A DNA stretch of 57,915 bases from an uncultured virus (IMG/VR IMGVR_UViG_3300042884_001169) (lineage: Duplodnaviria > Heunggongvirae > Uroviricota > Caudoviricetes), in IMG/VR virus record IMGVR_UViG_3300042884_001169. The stretch is one strand, 5' to 3'. Both the position numbers and the translations under genes were made by a program. The notes beneath the pieces were generated by a model. The model saw only the letters and a program-made list of their open reading frames with translations, made no database searches and was not told the origin of the DNA. Shown here piece by piece: positions 1-10,135 of the stretch. The stretch's first letter is position 1. Every line of letters begins with the position of its first letter.

Positions 1-2
1 GT

Positions 3-1364
3 ATGCGCGGTCAAATCGCTCATCGCGATGGAAGTCCGCGCAACATCGAGAACCCAGATATTACGGATGTTGAATCCGCTATCGATCATTTGCGACGAGG
101 CGGCAGTTTGGACGAAGTCCCCAACAGATATTGGCTTGTCGCTATTGACGCGAACTCAAGTGATGAAATTTTCGATAAATCAACTCGCTTTTACAAGAAA
201 CAAAAAATAGGTGGAATTATTGGGGAAACCTTGATCTACCTTGCTCGTGACGATAATGGTGGGGCCGTCGAACAGGGTTGGGTCTTCAAAACAACATGGG
301 ATTACGGTAATGACGCACCCGTAAATGAACTTTCCGCAGTCATTGGAACCTATTTTCTTCACGAATTAGGTCTTCCCGTCGAAGGTGGGGGCTGGGATGG
401 AGTTCTAACAACACCTGACGACAATCCGTTTACAGCATCGTCCCGAGCCTTTTTCGTTCAACCGTACGTTGGGAATGCACTATCCGTTTCTCCACGCCCA
501 TTTGTCGCTTCAGACGTCATGGGAGGCGGAAGCAATTTTTCTGAAAGACTTCTGAGGGTGGCTGTTCCCGATCCGAGTCGCTACGACGCTCAGGCTCCTG
601 TTGGTTCTCTAATGTCCAGATTTCAGGCAAGGGGTCTATTGGGTCAGTATTGGCCGGGATGGTCGGCCCGACTTGTCAACTATTTTTCGTCAGCAATGCT
701 TGGTCTTTCGGATCGGCATTCTGGTAATGCAGTTTCTTTTATGACTGCGGATGGACCTGTGGTAATCCCAATCGATCTTGATTCGACCGGTAATATTGAC
801 GTCATAGGTTGGATGACTTACGTTCCAATGATGAACATGGAGCACGGCTCCGGAAACGGCTTTGCGGAAGGACCGGGAACTTTTGTCGATGACGCGACTA
901 GAGATTTTGGGTTAGGTCTTGAAGTGGCTTGGCGGACCATTCAACTTGCTGACGAAATGCTCGATAACGCGGAAAAAATGATGGATATGGACCCGGACGA
1001 GTTTGCTCGAAAAATGCTTGAAGGGTTTTCAACATCAACAGATGGCGTTGTAGAAAACGCTGAACAGAGAGCGCGCTCAACGCTTGCTGACCTTCGGCTT
1101 ACTTATATGAATCTGAAAGCAGACCGCTCCAATTTTTTGGCGGGCTTACTTCGAAGGGCACTTCAAAATGCGCCATATGAATCCAGTGAAAAAAACGCAT
1201 TGATTGAAGATTTAGTGGCTAACTATGAAGAGGCTAAATTTTACGAGTGGCCTGTCGATATAACGGGTATTAGTGAAGACGAGATATCGCAAGGTCCGAT
1301 GATATGGTTGAGGCTTGCGGTTGAATTAAAAGAAATCCATGATCGAAACGCTAGGGGGGTTTGA
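3..1364 (+). CDS. C-terminal part of a large protein with a HipA/PI3-PI4-kinase-like domain (probably 5'-truncated by the window)
   Basis: WVFK..NE N-lobe, catalytic LSDRHSGN and IPID motifs. Confidence 0.7.
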   Translation: MRGQIAHRDGSPRNIENPDITDVESAIDHLRRGGSLDEVPNRYWLVAIDANSSDEIFDKSTRFYKKQKIGGIIGETLIYLARDDNGGAVEQGWVFKTTWDYGNDAPVNELSAVIGTYFLHELGLPVEGGGWDGVLTTPDDNPFTASSRAFFVQPYVGNALSVSPRPFVASDVMGGGSNFSERLLRVAVPDPSRYDAQAPVGSLMSRFQARGLLGQYWPGWSARLVNYFSSAMLGLSDRHSGNAVSFMTADGPVVIPIDLDSTGNIDVIGWMTYVPMMNMEHGSGNGFAEGPGTFVDDATRDFGLGLEVAWRTIQLADEMLDNAEKMMDMDPDEFARKMLEGFSTSTDGVVENAEQRARSTLADLRLTYMNLKADRSNFLAGLLRRALQNAPYESSEKNALIEDLVANYEEAKFYEWPVDITGISEDEISQGPMIWLRLAVELKEIHDRNARGV

Positions 1365-1684
1365 TGGCTAAAGAGTTTGCAGTTTTTAAAAGGTTCACTG
1401 GAATCCTTGCGGATAACACGGAGCCAGTTGGTTTGATCGTCTTAAACGATGACAAAATTGAAATCTACGGGGTGGTACGAAAATGGAAGAATCAATGGGT
1501 TCCCTACTTTGAAAACTCCACATTTGAGCGACACTTAACAACAGCAAGTCCGTTGTCAAGCATTTTTGCCGCGCCATATGGAGCGCCAAGCGTCTACCCC
1601 ATTTCAGATCAATACAAGTGGATTCTTGATTCAACGAAACAAAAGATGACCGGCAAGGTCATAAAAATCACTTTAAAGAAATAG
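1361..1684 (+). CDS. small protein downstream of kinase 1; paralog of 4037-4396, candidate immunity protein
   Basis: overlaps the kinase stop; N-terminus MAKxFxV..LAD..PxGLIV..DKIEIYGV resembles 4037-4396. Confidence 0.65.
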   Translation: MMAKEFAVFKRFTGILADNTEPVGLIVLNDDKIEIYGVVRKWKNQWVPYFENSTFERHLTTASPLSSIFAAPYGAPSVYPISDQYKWILDSTKQKMTGKVIKITLKK

Positions 1685-1685
1685 T

Positions 1686-4034
1686 TTGATGCTTACCAAA
1701 CCTTTTGCTCCAACTTCCAAGAAACAGCAGTATGCGACAGTTCGCATTGTTAATAATTCCGTTTCCGATTGGCAAAATACTGTAAATTTCAAGGCCCTTC
1801 AATTTCGCAGGGCGAGAGAAATTTCAAGCATTAAATATGATTTGAAAAACAATAATGCCATTTGGGATCCGAACGTTGGCCCGAATGGTGGTTGGCGTTG
1901 CGGCACCGATCTGACTGGAGGCGGAGAGTTTACGGACAGATACGGCCGAGGCTGTGGCGGGCGAGTTCGTCGCCTTCTTGGCGCCATAGGCGGAGCAGTC
2001 CAAACAGGGCTTCCCGGTCGTATCGGAAAGAACCCAAAGCGAGTCGCCGAAACTGTGACAAGAGAAGTTGAAGTTGCCGTGGAGCGAGACCGAAGTCAAA
2101 CCGCTCAATGGTGGGAAGCGTTCTCGCCAGAGAAGCCCAAGTGGTTGAAGGTCCACGAAAACATTATGCGAAGCATTCAGGGGGATGTTCAGCCAACGTC
2201 ACGCAAGATTCGACAAGCGATTTCTGCAATTGAGTCGAATTTGGATTCGGTAAACAAAATCCTGAAGAGTGGAAAACTGGCACCCAAAGAAGAGAATATT
2301 CAAAAGATCAGAGGGGACATTTACGGGGACGATTTGCTTTACCTCGAAAGTCTTCTCGATGAGGCGTATGAAAATGAATTACGCACGAATCGGGCTACGG
2401 GTGTGGCGTTGAGTCGTCTAGGGAAAGATGGCGAGCAGGAGCGGGCTATCGCTTTGGTTAAGGCAAATACGGATGCATGGCGTCTGCAGGTTGAAGACTC
2501 AATTGCCAATGGGACTCTTCAGCAACTGTCTGACATGCTGAAACAATTGACTCGCGAATCAGCAGGTCAGTTTAAGATTCAAACAGATCAAGAAGCAGAT
2601 CGATTCGACAGGGCCGTTGCGACAGCAATGGTCCAGTTTTTTAATAAAAGAATTACTGCCGTGCAGGAAGCCGCGGCGCTTAGGGAAAAAGCATTAAAAA
2701 GGCGGCAGTCAATTCTTGATAGGGTCAAAGCGGCGGCGCGTACAAAAACTAAACTCGGGCGCCTTGACCCATCCGTAGAAGCGTGGCTTGCAGACCCTAT
2801 CGTGGCGGCGGATTATCTGCGATCTTCAGTTTCGGCAAAAGTTTCTCGCCGGGGAAATCTTGCGGCTATTCCAGATGAAGTTTTAATTGAGGCAATGATC
2901 GGACGCGATACGGTTGTTGAAGAAGTCGGGAAAGGCACAGGCGGAGGCATTCCAATTCCTCGCATTCGGGTTGATGACCCAATAGAAGTAGAAGACATTC
3001 TTACTTCGGATGCTGGCGGATTTCCGGTCGGAACGAAGTTATCAAATCCAAGATTCGACTTTGAATTAATCAAAAACAATGCTCAACGACAACTCTGGAC
3101 AGTTTGGAAAGTTGTTGATAAAGACACAGGCGAAATGTATTTTCTTAAGGGTTCTAACATGAGTGCTAACGAAGCAATTGCTGAAATTGCTGGTGCCGAG
3201 ATTGCCGGATTGATTGGATTTCCTCGCGACGAAAAGTTTGGTGGAATCAGGGTCGACAAGCGGCGAACGTCTAGTTCAGAAAAACGCGCTGCCCGGTGGG
3301 TGATTTCTCGACACGTTGGCCATTATCAGCCTGACGCCTTGCGCGGCGAGCGGCTTGAGGACTTCAAAAGCGCTGCGCGTGTAGTTAGGGAGGGTGGCTC
3401 AAATGTCACTTTTGTTGAGACTCGGCCCGGGGATAGGAGTACCCGAACGGATGTTCTGGACCTTGGCCCTGAAGAGACCGCAAAGATAACTTTGCTTGAC
3501 TATTTGGTAGATAACCACGACCGTCATTTTGGAAATTTCTTTATTTACAATGACACTGATGGAGTTCCAAGAATTGCTCCAATCGATCACGGCATTGTTA
3601 CTGGAGGCGAGGTTGATAGAGGATTGTCGACAGTGGTTTCCGCTGATCAGTTGGCAGAGGATGCCGCTTACAGGTCGTCTTTAACACCATTTGATTTTGG
3701 GCTAAATGTTATGCATCCAGTTTTCAATTATGTTCATGTTAAGTCGTCTGACCGGATTGCTTATTTGGACGCAATTCAAGAGTTAGTTGACACTCTTAGC
3801 GAGGCGGGCATTGATGATCTTTTATCTCCGGAGCGACTTTCAAGCAAGGGGATGAGGTTGTCCTCTACCGAGAAAGCCCATTTAGCGGCAATTGCTGAAG
3901 TCGCTAAAGCGAGGTTAACTATGTTGAAAACTAAGGGTCCGAGGTTGATGATTAAGCCATTTCAAAATCGAATTGAAACTGATATCTCTGCCGCTGATGT
4001 GGCTTCCCGGGCTGTTACTCGGAGGGACAGGTAA
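1686..4034 (+). CDS. 782-aa protein with a C-terminal HipA/PI3-PI4-kinase-like domain
   Basis: YFLK..EAIAE, LLDYLVDNHDRHFGN, IAPIDHG; N-terminal WDP..GGWRC..GGEFTDRYGRGCG segment. Confidence 0.75.
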   Translation: MMLTKPFAPTSKKQQYATVRIVNNSVSDWQNTVNFKALQFRRAREISSIKYDLKNNNAIWDPNVGPNGGWRCGTDLTGGGEFTDRYGRGCGGRVRRLLGAIGGAVQTGLPGRIGKNPKRVAETVTREVEVAVERDRSQTAQWWEAFSPEKPKWLKVHENIMRSIQGDVQPTSRKIRQAISAIESNLDSVNKILKSGKLAPKEENIQKIRGDIYGDDLLYLESLLDEAYENELRTNRATGVALSRLGKDGEQERAIALVKANTDAWRLQVEDSIANGTLQQLSDMLKQLTRESAGQFKIQTDQEADRFDRAVATAMVQFFNKRITAVQEAAALREKALKRRQSILDRVKAAARTKTKLGRLDPSVEAWLADPIVAADYLRSSVSAKVSRRGNLAAIPDEVLIEAMIGRDTVVEEVGKGTGGGIPIPRIRVDDPIEVEDILTSDAGGFPVGTKLSNPRFDFELIKNNAQRQLWTVWKVVDKDTGEMYFLKGSNMSANEAIAEIAGAEIAGLIGFPRDEKFGGIRVDKRRTSSSEKRAARWVISRHVGHYQPDALRGERLEDFKSAARVVREGGSNVTFVETRPGDRSTRTDVLDLGPEETAKITLLDYLVDNHDRHFGNFFIYNDTDGVPRIAPIDHGIVTGGEVDRGLSTVVSADQLAEDAAYRSSLTPFDFGLNVMHPVFNYVHVKSSDRIAYLDAIQELVDTLSEAGIDDLLSPERLSSKGMRLSSTEKAHLAAIAEVAKARLTMLKTKGPRLMIKPFQNRIETDISAADVASRAVTRRDR

Positions 4035-4036
4035 GC

Positions 4037-4396
4037 ATGGCTAAGCGTTATTTGGTCCTTGAGAATCTTAATAAACTGGCAGACGACCCCGATCGGTATC
4101 CAGCCGGAGTTCTTATTGATGGCGATAATCTGGAAGTTTGGGGGATTTTCAAGACCTATCTTCTTCGTGGTGGCGGCTTTAATGCTTCCTACGCAAAACT
4201 TTTTGTTGAGGCTCGTGAAGCCGAATGGGCATTGACTGACCTAAGTCAAGTCATGTCATATCAGGACATGCCCAACAAAAAAGAATCACTTCTTTTAGAA
4301 GTTGAAGCAGAGGAAGAGGAAATGTCTGCAATTCGTGATCTGGTCCCTAAAGCCGAGAGAGTAAGATTAAAAAACCCCTATGGCCGCGACAACTAA
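4037..4396 (+). CDS. small protein downstream of kinase 2, candidate immunity protein
   Basis: starts 2 nt after the kinase stop; similar to 1361-1684. Confidence 0.65.
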   Translation: MAKRYLVLENLNKLADDPDRYPAGVLIDGDNLEVWGIFKTYLLRGGGFNASYAKLFVEAREAEWALTDLSQVMSYQDMPNKKESLLLEVEAEEEEMSAIRDLVPKAERVRLKNPYGRDN

Positions 4397-5078
4397 CTCC
4401 GAACAGGCATTTCCGAGCAAACGACAAGCAAGTCGCGTTGCTCGCATGCTCGGCTGCAATAGCAGCCATCAAGATGAAAACGGCATGTGGATGCCCTGCG
4501 CAACCCACGATCAATTGATTGGGTTGACAGCGGCAAGCGGGAAATCCGTAAAACGTAAAAGACGCGGAACTGGAGCCAAGCGTCCTAAAAAATACGAAAA
4601 ACTAATTGAACGTGGCGTTCTAGGGATTGACACCTTGGCAGACGGCAGTCTTGTCTCTACCCCAATATCCGCAAAGGCCGCGCGCCGCTTGGCCGCAACA
4701 CCTGCACCCCCCAAAGACCGAGTTTACGGCTCAACCAGAAATTCTAGAAATTCTGCTTCCTCTAAAAGAAGCGCCGGAAAAATCTCAATTGACTTCACGA
4801 CCGAACAGAGTCTGAAGGCAAAAGTCAAAGATCATAACGAAAAACTGTCTCCTGATCAGGCGTGGAAACGTACGAGTCTGGCAACCCTGAAAGCGGTTTA
4901 CAGGAGAGGTGCTGGGGCTTTTAGCGTCAGCCATAGACCGGGCATGAATCGAAATCAATGGGCGATGGGACGCGTAAATGCTTTCCTGAAGATGCTTCGA
5001 TCCGGCAAGCCAGACAATAAACGCTATGTGACGGATAATGATTTGTTGCCGCGCAAGCACCCATGGCGGAAACCCTAG
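4380..5078 (+). CDS. phage head-region protein (DUF5824-like C-terminal domain)
   Basis: LKAVYRRGAGAF..SHRPG..QWAMGRVNAF motif; N-terminal LGC..H..WMPC..H motif. Confidence 0.6.
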   Translation: MAATTNSEQAFPSKRQASRVARMLGCNSSHQDENGMWMPCATHDQLIGLTAASGKSVKRKRRGTGAKRPKKYEKLIERGVLGIDTLADGSLVSTPISAKAARRLAATPAPPKDRVYGSTRNSRNSASSKRSAGKISIDFTTEQSLKAKVKDHNEKLSPDQAWKRTSLATLKAVYRRGAGAFSVSHRPGMNRNQWAMGRVNAFLKMLRSGKPDNKRYVTDNDLLPRKHPWRKP

Positions 5079-5222
5079 ACATCGGCTGAATTTACAAAAA
5101 AAGCAATAGTTGCCTTCAACGCATGGTCACTAGATGTATTGTGAATTTTGACTAACGGTTGGGTGCTCACCTAAACCATCAGGTCGCTCAACCAATCCGA
5201 TCTAGTTATAGGAGAAATCCAA

Positions 5223-6536
5223 ATGTCGTTTGACGAGAGTCGCCTGCGGGAACTTCAGGGTGCCCTGCGGGAAAAGATGGCCAGCAACAAGGAGATCGCT
5301 GACTCCTTCCGCGTAGAGGGCGGCACCGTTATGGTGTCGACCGAGCAGAAGAGCGCGTTCGACAAGAACATGGCCGACATCAAAGAGATCAAGTCCCTTA
5401 TCGATGGCATGGAAAACATGCGTTCGATCGAAGACTGGGGCGTTCAGGCCCCCGTCGAGTCGCTTGCAGCCGCTGTGGCCGCTGGCGAATCGCTTGGTCG
5501 CTATTCATCCACCAAGAGCCTTGGCTCAATGTTCCTTGAATCAGCAGAGTTCAAGTCTCTTGATGGTGGCCGTAATGGAGCCAACATGCCCTCCCCGTTC
5601 ACCCTCAGCCGAGGCGACGTCACCGGCATGTGGAACCAAAAGGATATCTTCTCGGCACTGCCGTCAGGTACCCCGGGTTCCTTCGGCACCATTGAGCGCG
5701 ATCCGATCGTGGTTCCGCCAATGCGTACCCGTCGCGTCCGTGACCTGTTCCCGACTCGTACCACCACCGCTGCGGTGATTGAGTACTTCCAGATGACGGG
5801 CTTCACGAACAACGCTTCGTCGGTCGCCGAGCGCAACCCCGGCAACACCGCGTTCCAGACCAAGCCACAGTCGTCCTTCACCTTCACGGGTCAACAGGCT
5901 CCGATTCGTACGCTTGCCCACTGGGAAGCAGCGCATCGCAATGTTCTCGCTGACGAACCGCAGTTGCGTTCGATCATCGACAACGAACTGCTTTACGGCC
6001 TTCGTCTTCAGGAAGACGCCCAGATCCTCAATGGTGATGGTATTGGTGAAAACCTCACCGGTATTCTTCAGACCTCTGGTGTTCAGCAGTACTCATGGTC
6101 CAGCGGTGCAACGCTTCCGGTTCCGGACACCAAGGCTGATGCGATCCGTCGTGCAGCCACTCTCTCGTTCCTTGCTTACTACGAGCCAACCGGCGTCGTC
6201 GTGCATCCGAACGATTGGGAAGACATCGAACTGACCAAGAACGATCAAGGCACCTACCTCATGGCAGTGTCCATGCAGATGGGTTCCGAGGCTCGTATCT
6301 GGCGTATGCCAATCGTCGACACCCCGGCCATCACCGAGGGCAAGGCTCTTGTTGGTGCGTTCGGTACTGGCGCTCAACTGTACGACCGCGAGCAGGCTTC
6401 GATTCGAATCAGCGAACAGCATTCGGACTTCTTTGTCCGCAACGCAATCGTGATTCTTGCCGAGCAGCGCCTCGCCCTTGCGGTGAAGCGTCCAGAGTCG
6501 TTCGTCGAAGTTACCTTCAACAACGCTCCTGCCTGA
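5223..6536 (+). CDS. HK97-fold major capsid protein
   Basis: LADEPQLRSIIDNELLYGLRLQEDAQILNGDG and FVRNAIVILAEQRLALAVKRPESF; GGAG RBS; strongly biased codons. Confidence 0.95.
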   Translation: MSFDESRLRELQGALREKMASNKEIADSFRVEGGTVMVSTEQKSAFDKNMADIKEIKSLIDGMENMRSIEDWGVQAPVESLAAAVAAGESLGRYSSTKSLGSMFLESAEFKSLDGGRNGANMPSPFTLSRGDVTGMWNQKDIFSALPSGTPGSFGTIERDPIVVPPMRTRRVRDLFPTRTTTAAVIEYFQMTGFTNNASSVAERNPGNTAFQTKPQSSFTFTGQQAPIRTLAHWEAAHRNVLADEPQLRSIIDNELLYGLRLQEDAQILNGDGIGENLTGILQTSGVQQYSWSSGATLPVPDTKADAIRRAATLSFLAYYEPTGVVVHPNDWEDIELTKNDQGTYLMAVSMQMGSEARIWRMPIVDTPAITEGKALVGAFGTGAQLYDREQASIRISEQHSDFFVRNAIVILAEQRLALAVKRPESFVEVTFNNAPA

Positions 6537-6552
6537 TCGATTCGATCACGAC

Positions 6553-6581
6553 AAAAACCCCCTCTTCGGAGGGGGTTTTTT
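6553..6581. terminator. bidirectional intrinsic terminator
   Basis: AAAAACCCCCTC-TTCG-GAGGGGGTTTTTT between convergent genes. Confidence 0.9.
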
Positions 6582-6588
6582 AGTTCCC

Positions 6589-6954
6589 TTAAACTATTGC
6601 TCGCTCAAGCCGTTCAGCGCTTTTCGTAAGAAAATTCGTAACATCACTTAAAGTGACGTCGCTGCTATCTGCCCAATCTTCAAATTCTGGGTGGCAGGCG
6701 TTTAGAACATCTAAGGCCATAAAGTATTTGGCTTCATTTGCTGTCGCCACAGAGAAATCCACAGTGCTTACAGAACTCACCAGTTCAGTTTCAGTTGCAC
6801 CACAACAAATCGCCAGAGCAGCAATTATGTCGATTGCCCCAGTTGCAGGGTCAATTCTCAATCCTTTTGCCAGCCCTTTTGATTGCAGTAGGTCTGCTGT
6901 TGCATGTAGGAGTTTATCGACTCCGTGCAATCGATAAAATTTCAGACCCGGCAT
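6589..6954 (-). CDS. hypothetical phage protein (weakly DUF6197-like)
   Basis: ORF coupled to the upstream gene; LHATADLLQSKGLAKG pattern. Confidence 0.6.
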   Translation of the reverse strand: MPGLKFYRLHGVDKLLHATADLLQSKGLAKGLRIDPATGAIDIIAALAICCGATETELVSSVSTVDFSVATANEAKYFMALDVLNACHPEFEDWADSSDVTLSDVTNFLTKSAERLERAIV

Positions 6955-7214
6955 TAGTGGCCATCTACGAAGTTATCCCACAAGAGGGCTTCATACATTT
7001 CAGATGAAACAGCGACAAAGCATTCCATACAGCGAGGTGGCTGTGATGGAGCATCACTTGCTATTACGTCAAACACGGGTTTTTCAATTTCACAACTAAA
7101 ACAGAATCCGTGATTGACAGGGCTGAGCCATCCAATTTCGACTGCCCTTAAAATGGCAGCCTCCATGGCGGTTTCTAGGAATTCTGGATCTTCAAAGATC
7201 ATCGGACTGGGCAT
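6954..7214 (-). CDS. small CxxC..CxxC zinc-binding protein
   Basis: CFSC and CMEC; overlaps the RNR end. Confidence 0.6.
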   Translation of the reverse strand: MPSPMIFEDPEFLETAMEAAILRAVEIGWLSPVNHGFCFSCEIEKPVFDVIASDAPSQPPRCMECFVAVSSEMYEALLWDNFVDGH

Positions 7215-9121
7215 GCGCCAGTAGCGCAGGACGGGTCGTCGAGCAAGTTGTCATCGACGGTGGAGCCGATTGGAATGCTCATATCGACCTTTGCGACCAT
7301 TTTGTCGTAAGTCGCTTCGTCAATTTCTTCGTAAGGGGCAAGAAGGAAATTGTGGTCCGAATGCAACAAGAAAGAAACCGACTTGACAGACGTGTCGAAA
7401 TTTTCGCTGAGCCATTCTTTAATGCTGGGTAGTTCTTCCATGCGGTAATAGACCGTGACGGAAACAGCGTTATCGGCCCATTCGGTTTGCATTTTTTTAA
7501 CCCATTGGAGTTGCTCCACGGCGGTCATGTCCGAAGCGAGGATCGCGTTGTCTGGAGATTTGGCCGGGAATTCCACAACCCATTTGGTGTGATCCTCTCG
7601 TCCGTCAAGCCCGATTTCAGGGACCACGGTGTATCCACGTTGACGACACGCATCAACGAGGGGGTCTGCTGCGCTGAATCGGACCCTGCGAATGTAGAAC
7701 CGGGCGTATGCCGGGTGAATGCCCGGTGTGACGCCGGGGAGCAATGAAAGCGTGCCGGAGGGCTGAACCGTGGTGAGGCGCACAGAGCGAGGAATCCCCA
7801 AGGCGTCGGAGTGCTTCTCGTCAAGGGCTTTCAAGTACTCGTATCCGCTGTCAAGCCATGACAGTTGTTCTTTGTTCGCTTGAAGTACGCCAGTGATTGA
7901 TTGTCCAAGACGTCGGTTTTTAGCGACGATGCGGTTTGTTTTTGCGTATGGGTAACGAAGGTTTGTGATCTGTTTTTGAACAAGGTAGAGAAGGCGACTG
8001 ATCTCTTTAAATTGCTTGAGTGACTCTACGTTGGGGAGGAAGATTGTTGCCAAGTTGCATGATTCCCCGTCGGCTAACGCAATCTCGGCGCATGGGTTAA
8101 ATCCCTCGATTGACGGGTCTGGTCGCTTTTCTCCAAGGCGCCCGACCGTTCTTGCAAGTTTCCGGTTGAGTAGACCGTATGGCTCTCCAGAGCCGTCATA
8201 GCCCTTCCAGAGTTCTGACATGATCTCATCGAACCCGTCCGCGTAGATTGAGTTATTTGAGTTTGCGCGCCATGCAGGGACCGTGCCTGAAGCCCAATTT
8301 TTTGCTCTCAGGAATAGGATGTCGTCAGGGTCGCCAATAGCGATTTGAGCGGAGCGACGGCTGGATCCAGAAACCACGATTCGACCGATGATGTTAGCAA
8401 TATCGAGAACGTCTACTGATCGGAGTTTCTTGCCTGCTCGGTTGTCCATGACTTTGCAAATATCAGCGATTCCGTCAATGAGTGAGCCGGGTCCTGAGGC
8501 TGTTCCTCCAAACGTTTTGAGTGGGGCGCCAAATTCGCGGATGAGCATCGTGGAGTAGGAGAACGATTTCCCTGTGTAGAAATATGACTTAAGCACGGCG
8601 TGGAGGATGCGCTTCCATCCTTCGCGGCTGTCGGGGACAATAATGTCTGCATCGTTTGTTCGTTCGTGGAGAATCTCTACCCCGGAGCGAATCTTTGGGA
8701 ACTCATGGATTTTGGAGCGTTCTACGGAGAATCCGACTCCACCGCCGAGCATTAGGTGGTCGAAAAGGAACTCAAAGTCTTCAATGCTCTCGATGTTGAC
8801 AAAATAGCAGTTGTTAAGTGAAGCCCCATTAAACTGTTGAACGAGGGGTGTTCCTAGTTGCCATAGTGCGCGACCGCTGAAAGAGCAGCGGAGATGGAAC
8901 ATATGGTCAAAGAGCATTTCTGCTTCTTTGTCCGTATATGGGGTTCCGATTTCGATAGCGCCGTTGATTACGCGAGCGACTGTTTCGGGCCAAGTTTCGT
9001 TTCGGTTTTGATCTTCGATGAATCGGCTGTAGGTCCGAAGGTAGACAATTTCGCCTAATCCGCCAAATCCCCATGGTGGCTGCTTGGTTGCGTATGACTT
9101 TAAGAATGCTTCTGAAAGCAC
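7199..9121 (-). CDS. nrdJ: class II (adenosylcobalamin-dependent, monomeric RTPR-type) ribonucleotide reductase
   Basis: LNNC, FNPCAEI..CNL, TTVQPSGT and C-terminal CATGACPVR. Confidence 0.92.
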   Translation of the reverse strand: MLSEAFLKSYATKQPPWGFGGLGEIVYLRTYSRFIEDQNRNETWPETVARVINGAIEIGTPYTDKEAEMLFDHMFHLRCSFSGRALWQLGTPLVQQFNGASLNNCYFVNIESIEDFEFLFDHLMLGGGVGFSVERSKIHEFPKIRSGVEILHERTNDADIIVPDSREGWKRILHAVLKSYFYTGKSFSYSTMLIREFGAPLKTFGGTASGPGSLIDGIADICKVMDNRAGKKLRSVDVLDIANIIGRIVVSGSSRRSAQIAIGDPDDILFLRAKNWASGTVPAWRANSNNSIYADGFDEIMSELWKGYDGSGEPYGLLNRKLARTVGRLGEKRPDPSIEGFNPCAEIALADGESCNLATIFLPNVESLKQFKEISRLLYLVQKQITNLRYPYAKTNRIVAKNRRLGQSITGVLQANKEQLSWLDSGYEYLKALDEKHSDALGIPRSVRLTTVQPSGTLSLLPGVTPGIHPAYARFYIRRVRFSAADPLVDACRQRGYTVVPEIGLDGREDHTKWVVEFPAKSPDNAILASDMTAVEQLQWVKKMQTEWADNAVSVTVYYRMEELPSIKEWLSENFDTSVKSVSFLLHSDHNFLLAPYEEIDEATYDKMVAKVDMSIPIGSTVDDNLLDDPSCATGACPVR

Positions 9122-9193
9122 GGTTGTGCGCTCCTGCTCGATGTTTTTATATTTGGATTACCAAATTACAAGATGGATAAATACAGTAATGGT

Positions 9194-9505
9194 CTAGCAA
9201 AGCCCTAAATCTTGGGCTTTGGACATTGGGATAACTTGCCCCTTTCTGGCAACCAAAACACGCGTAAACGTTTGTCCTGAAATCTGCTTTTGTTCCCACA
9301 CATCTTCTGTCGCTACGAACACATTCTCATGACCAAGCGACTTAAACAAATCCGGGCCAAGAACACGAGTGGGCGGAGGGGAGTCCCCCGCACAATCGCC
9401 AGTTTCGTGACCGCACACTGGACATGGATTACGATCGGCCTTCAGCAGCCATGCTGAACCATTTAAAATGGACTCTGATTGAGGGCCTGTCTCGTACACG
9501 GCCAC
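9194..9505 (-). CDS. hypothetical protein (CPVCGH motif)
   Basis: ORF co-oriented with nrdJ. Confidence 0.6.
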   Translation of the reverse strand: MAVYETGPQSESILNGSAWLLKADRNPCPVCGHETGDCAGDSPPPTRVLGPDLFKSLGHENVFVATEDVWEQKQISGQTFTRVLVARKGQVIPMSKAQDLGLC

Positions 9506-9577
9506 ACTTTACATCTCGCTTTGAAGTTTCAAACCACAGAATGAAATTATTTCTCACGTTGATTTGCTGAGGTCCTC

Positions 9578-9682
9578 ATGTTAAGCAATATGATTACAAT
9601 CGCCGTATGCTTTTGTGGAATATTCGCATTCATGCTCATTGCGTTTCTAATACCGAAAGATAAAGACAACCATGACGACTGA
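9578..9682 (+). CDS. 34-aa single-TM peptide (not in the ORF track)
   Basis: MLSNMITIAVCFCGIFAFMLIAFLIPKDKDNHDD; GAGG upstream. Confidence 0.4.
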   Translation: MLSNMITIAVCFCGIFAFMLIAFLIPKDKDNHDD

Positions 9683-9962
9683 ACAAGACTTACTCGTAAA
9701 AATTGACCTTGCAATTCAACATGCCGCCGCACTAATGGACATGCGCGATTACGAACATCTTGAAGAAGATACGGACGAATCACTGGATGCAATGGAAGAA
9801 CGTTTTCACTGCGGAACATGCATTGTGCGTACCGTAATGGAAGCAGTGTGGCCAAGCGTCGAGGAGTATGTGGACTATCTGAAAAAGTTATCCGTCGATC
9901 TTGTAGCGTTAGGCGTCGATCTTGCATTCAGGGAACAGGAATCCGATGTCATGGACGCCTGA
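9672..9962 (+). CDS. hypothetical protein
   Basis: ORF in an operon-like run; HCGTC motif. Confidence 0.65.
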   Translation: MTTEQDLLVKIDLAIQHAAALMDMRDYEHLEEDTDESLDAMEERFHCGTCIVRTVMEAVWPSVEEYVDYLKKLSVDLVALGVDLAFREQESDVMDA

Positions 9963-10134
9963 CAGCGAGTGGGCTTTTGAAAATCTGCCCACCCCTTTCC
10001 GCCCAGAAAAATGCCCCCACTGTGGAGCGCGATGCGCTGGTTCTTATTGGATCCACCGAGCGCTTGAACATTCTGAATTAAATCCGCCGTTGCCTCGATC
10101 AGAGGGAAAGCCCAAAAAGAAAAAAAAGAAGTGA
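9946..10134 (+). CDS. small zinc-finger-like protein with a basic tail
   Basis: CPHCG..H..H; AGGA RBS before the ATG at 9946. Confidence 0.55.
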   Translation: MSWTPDSEWAFENLPTPFRPEKCPHCGARCAGSYWIHRALEHSELNPPLPRSEGKPKKKKKK

Positions 10135-10135
10135 C

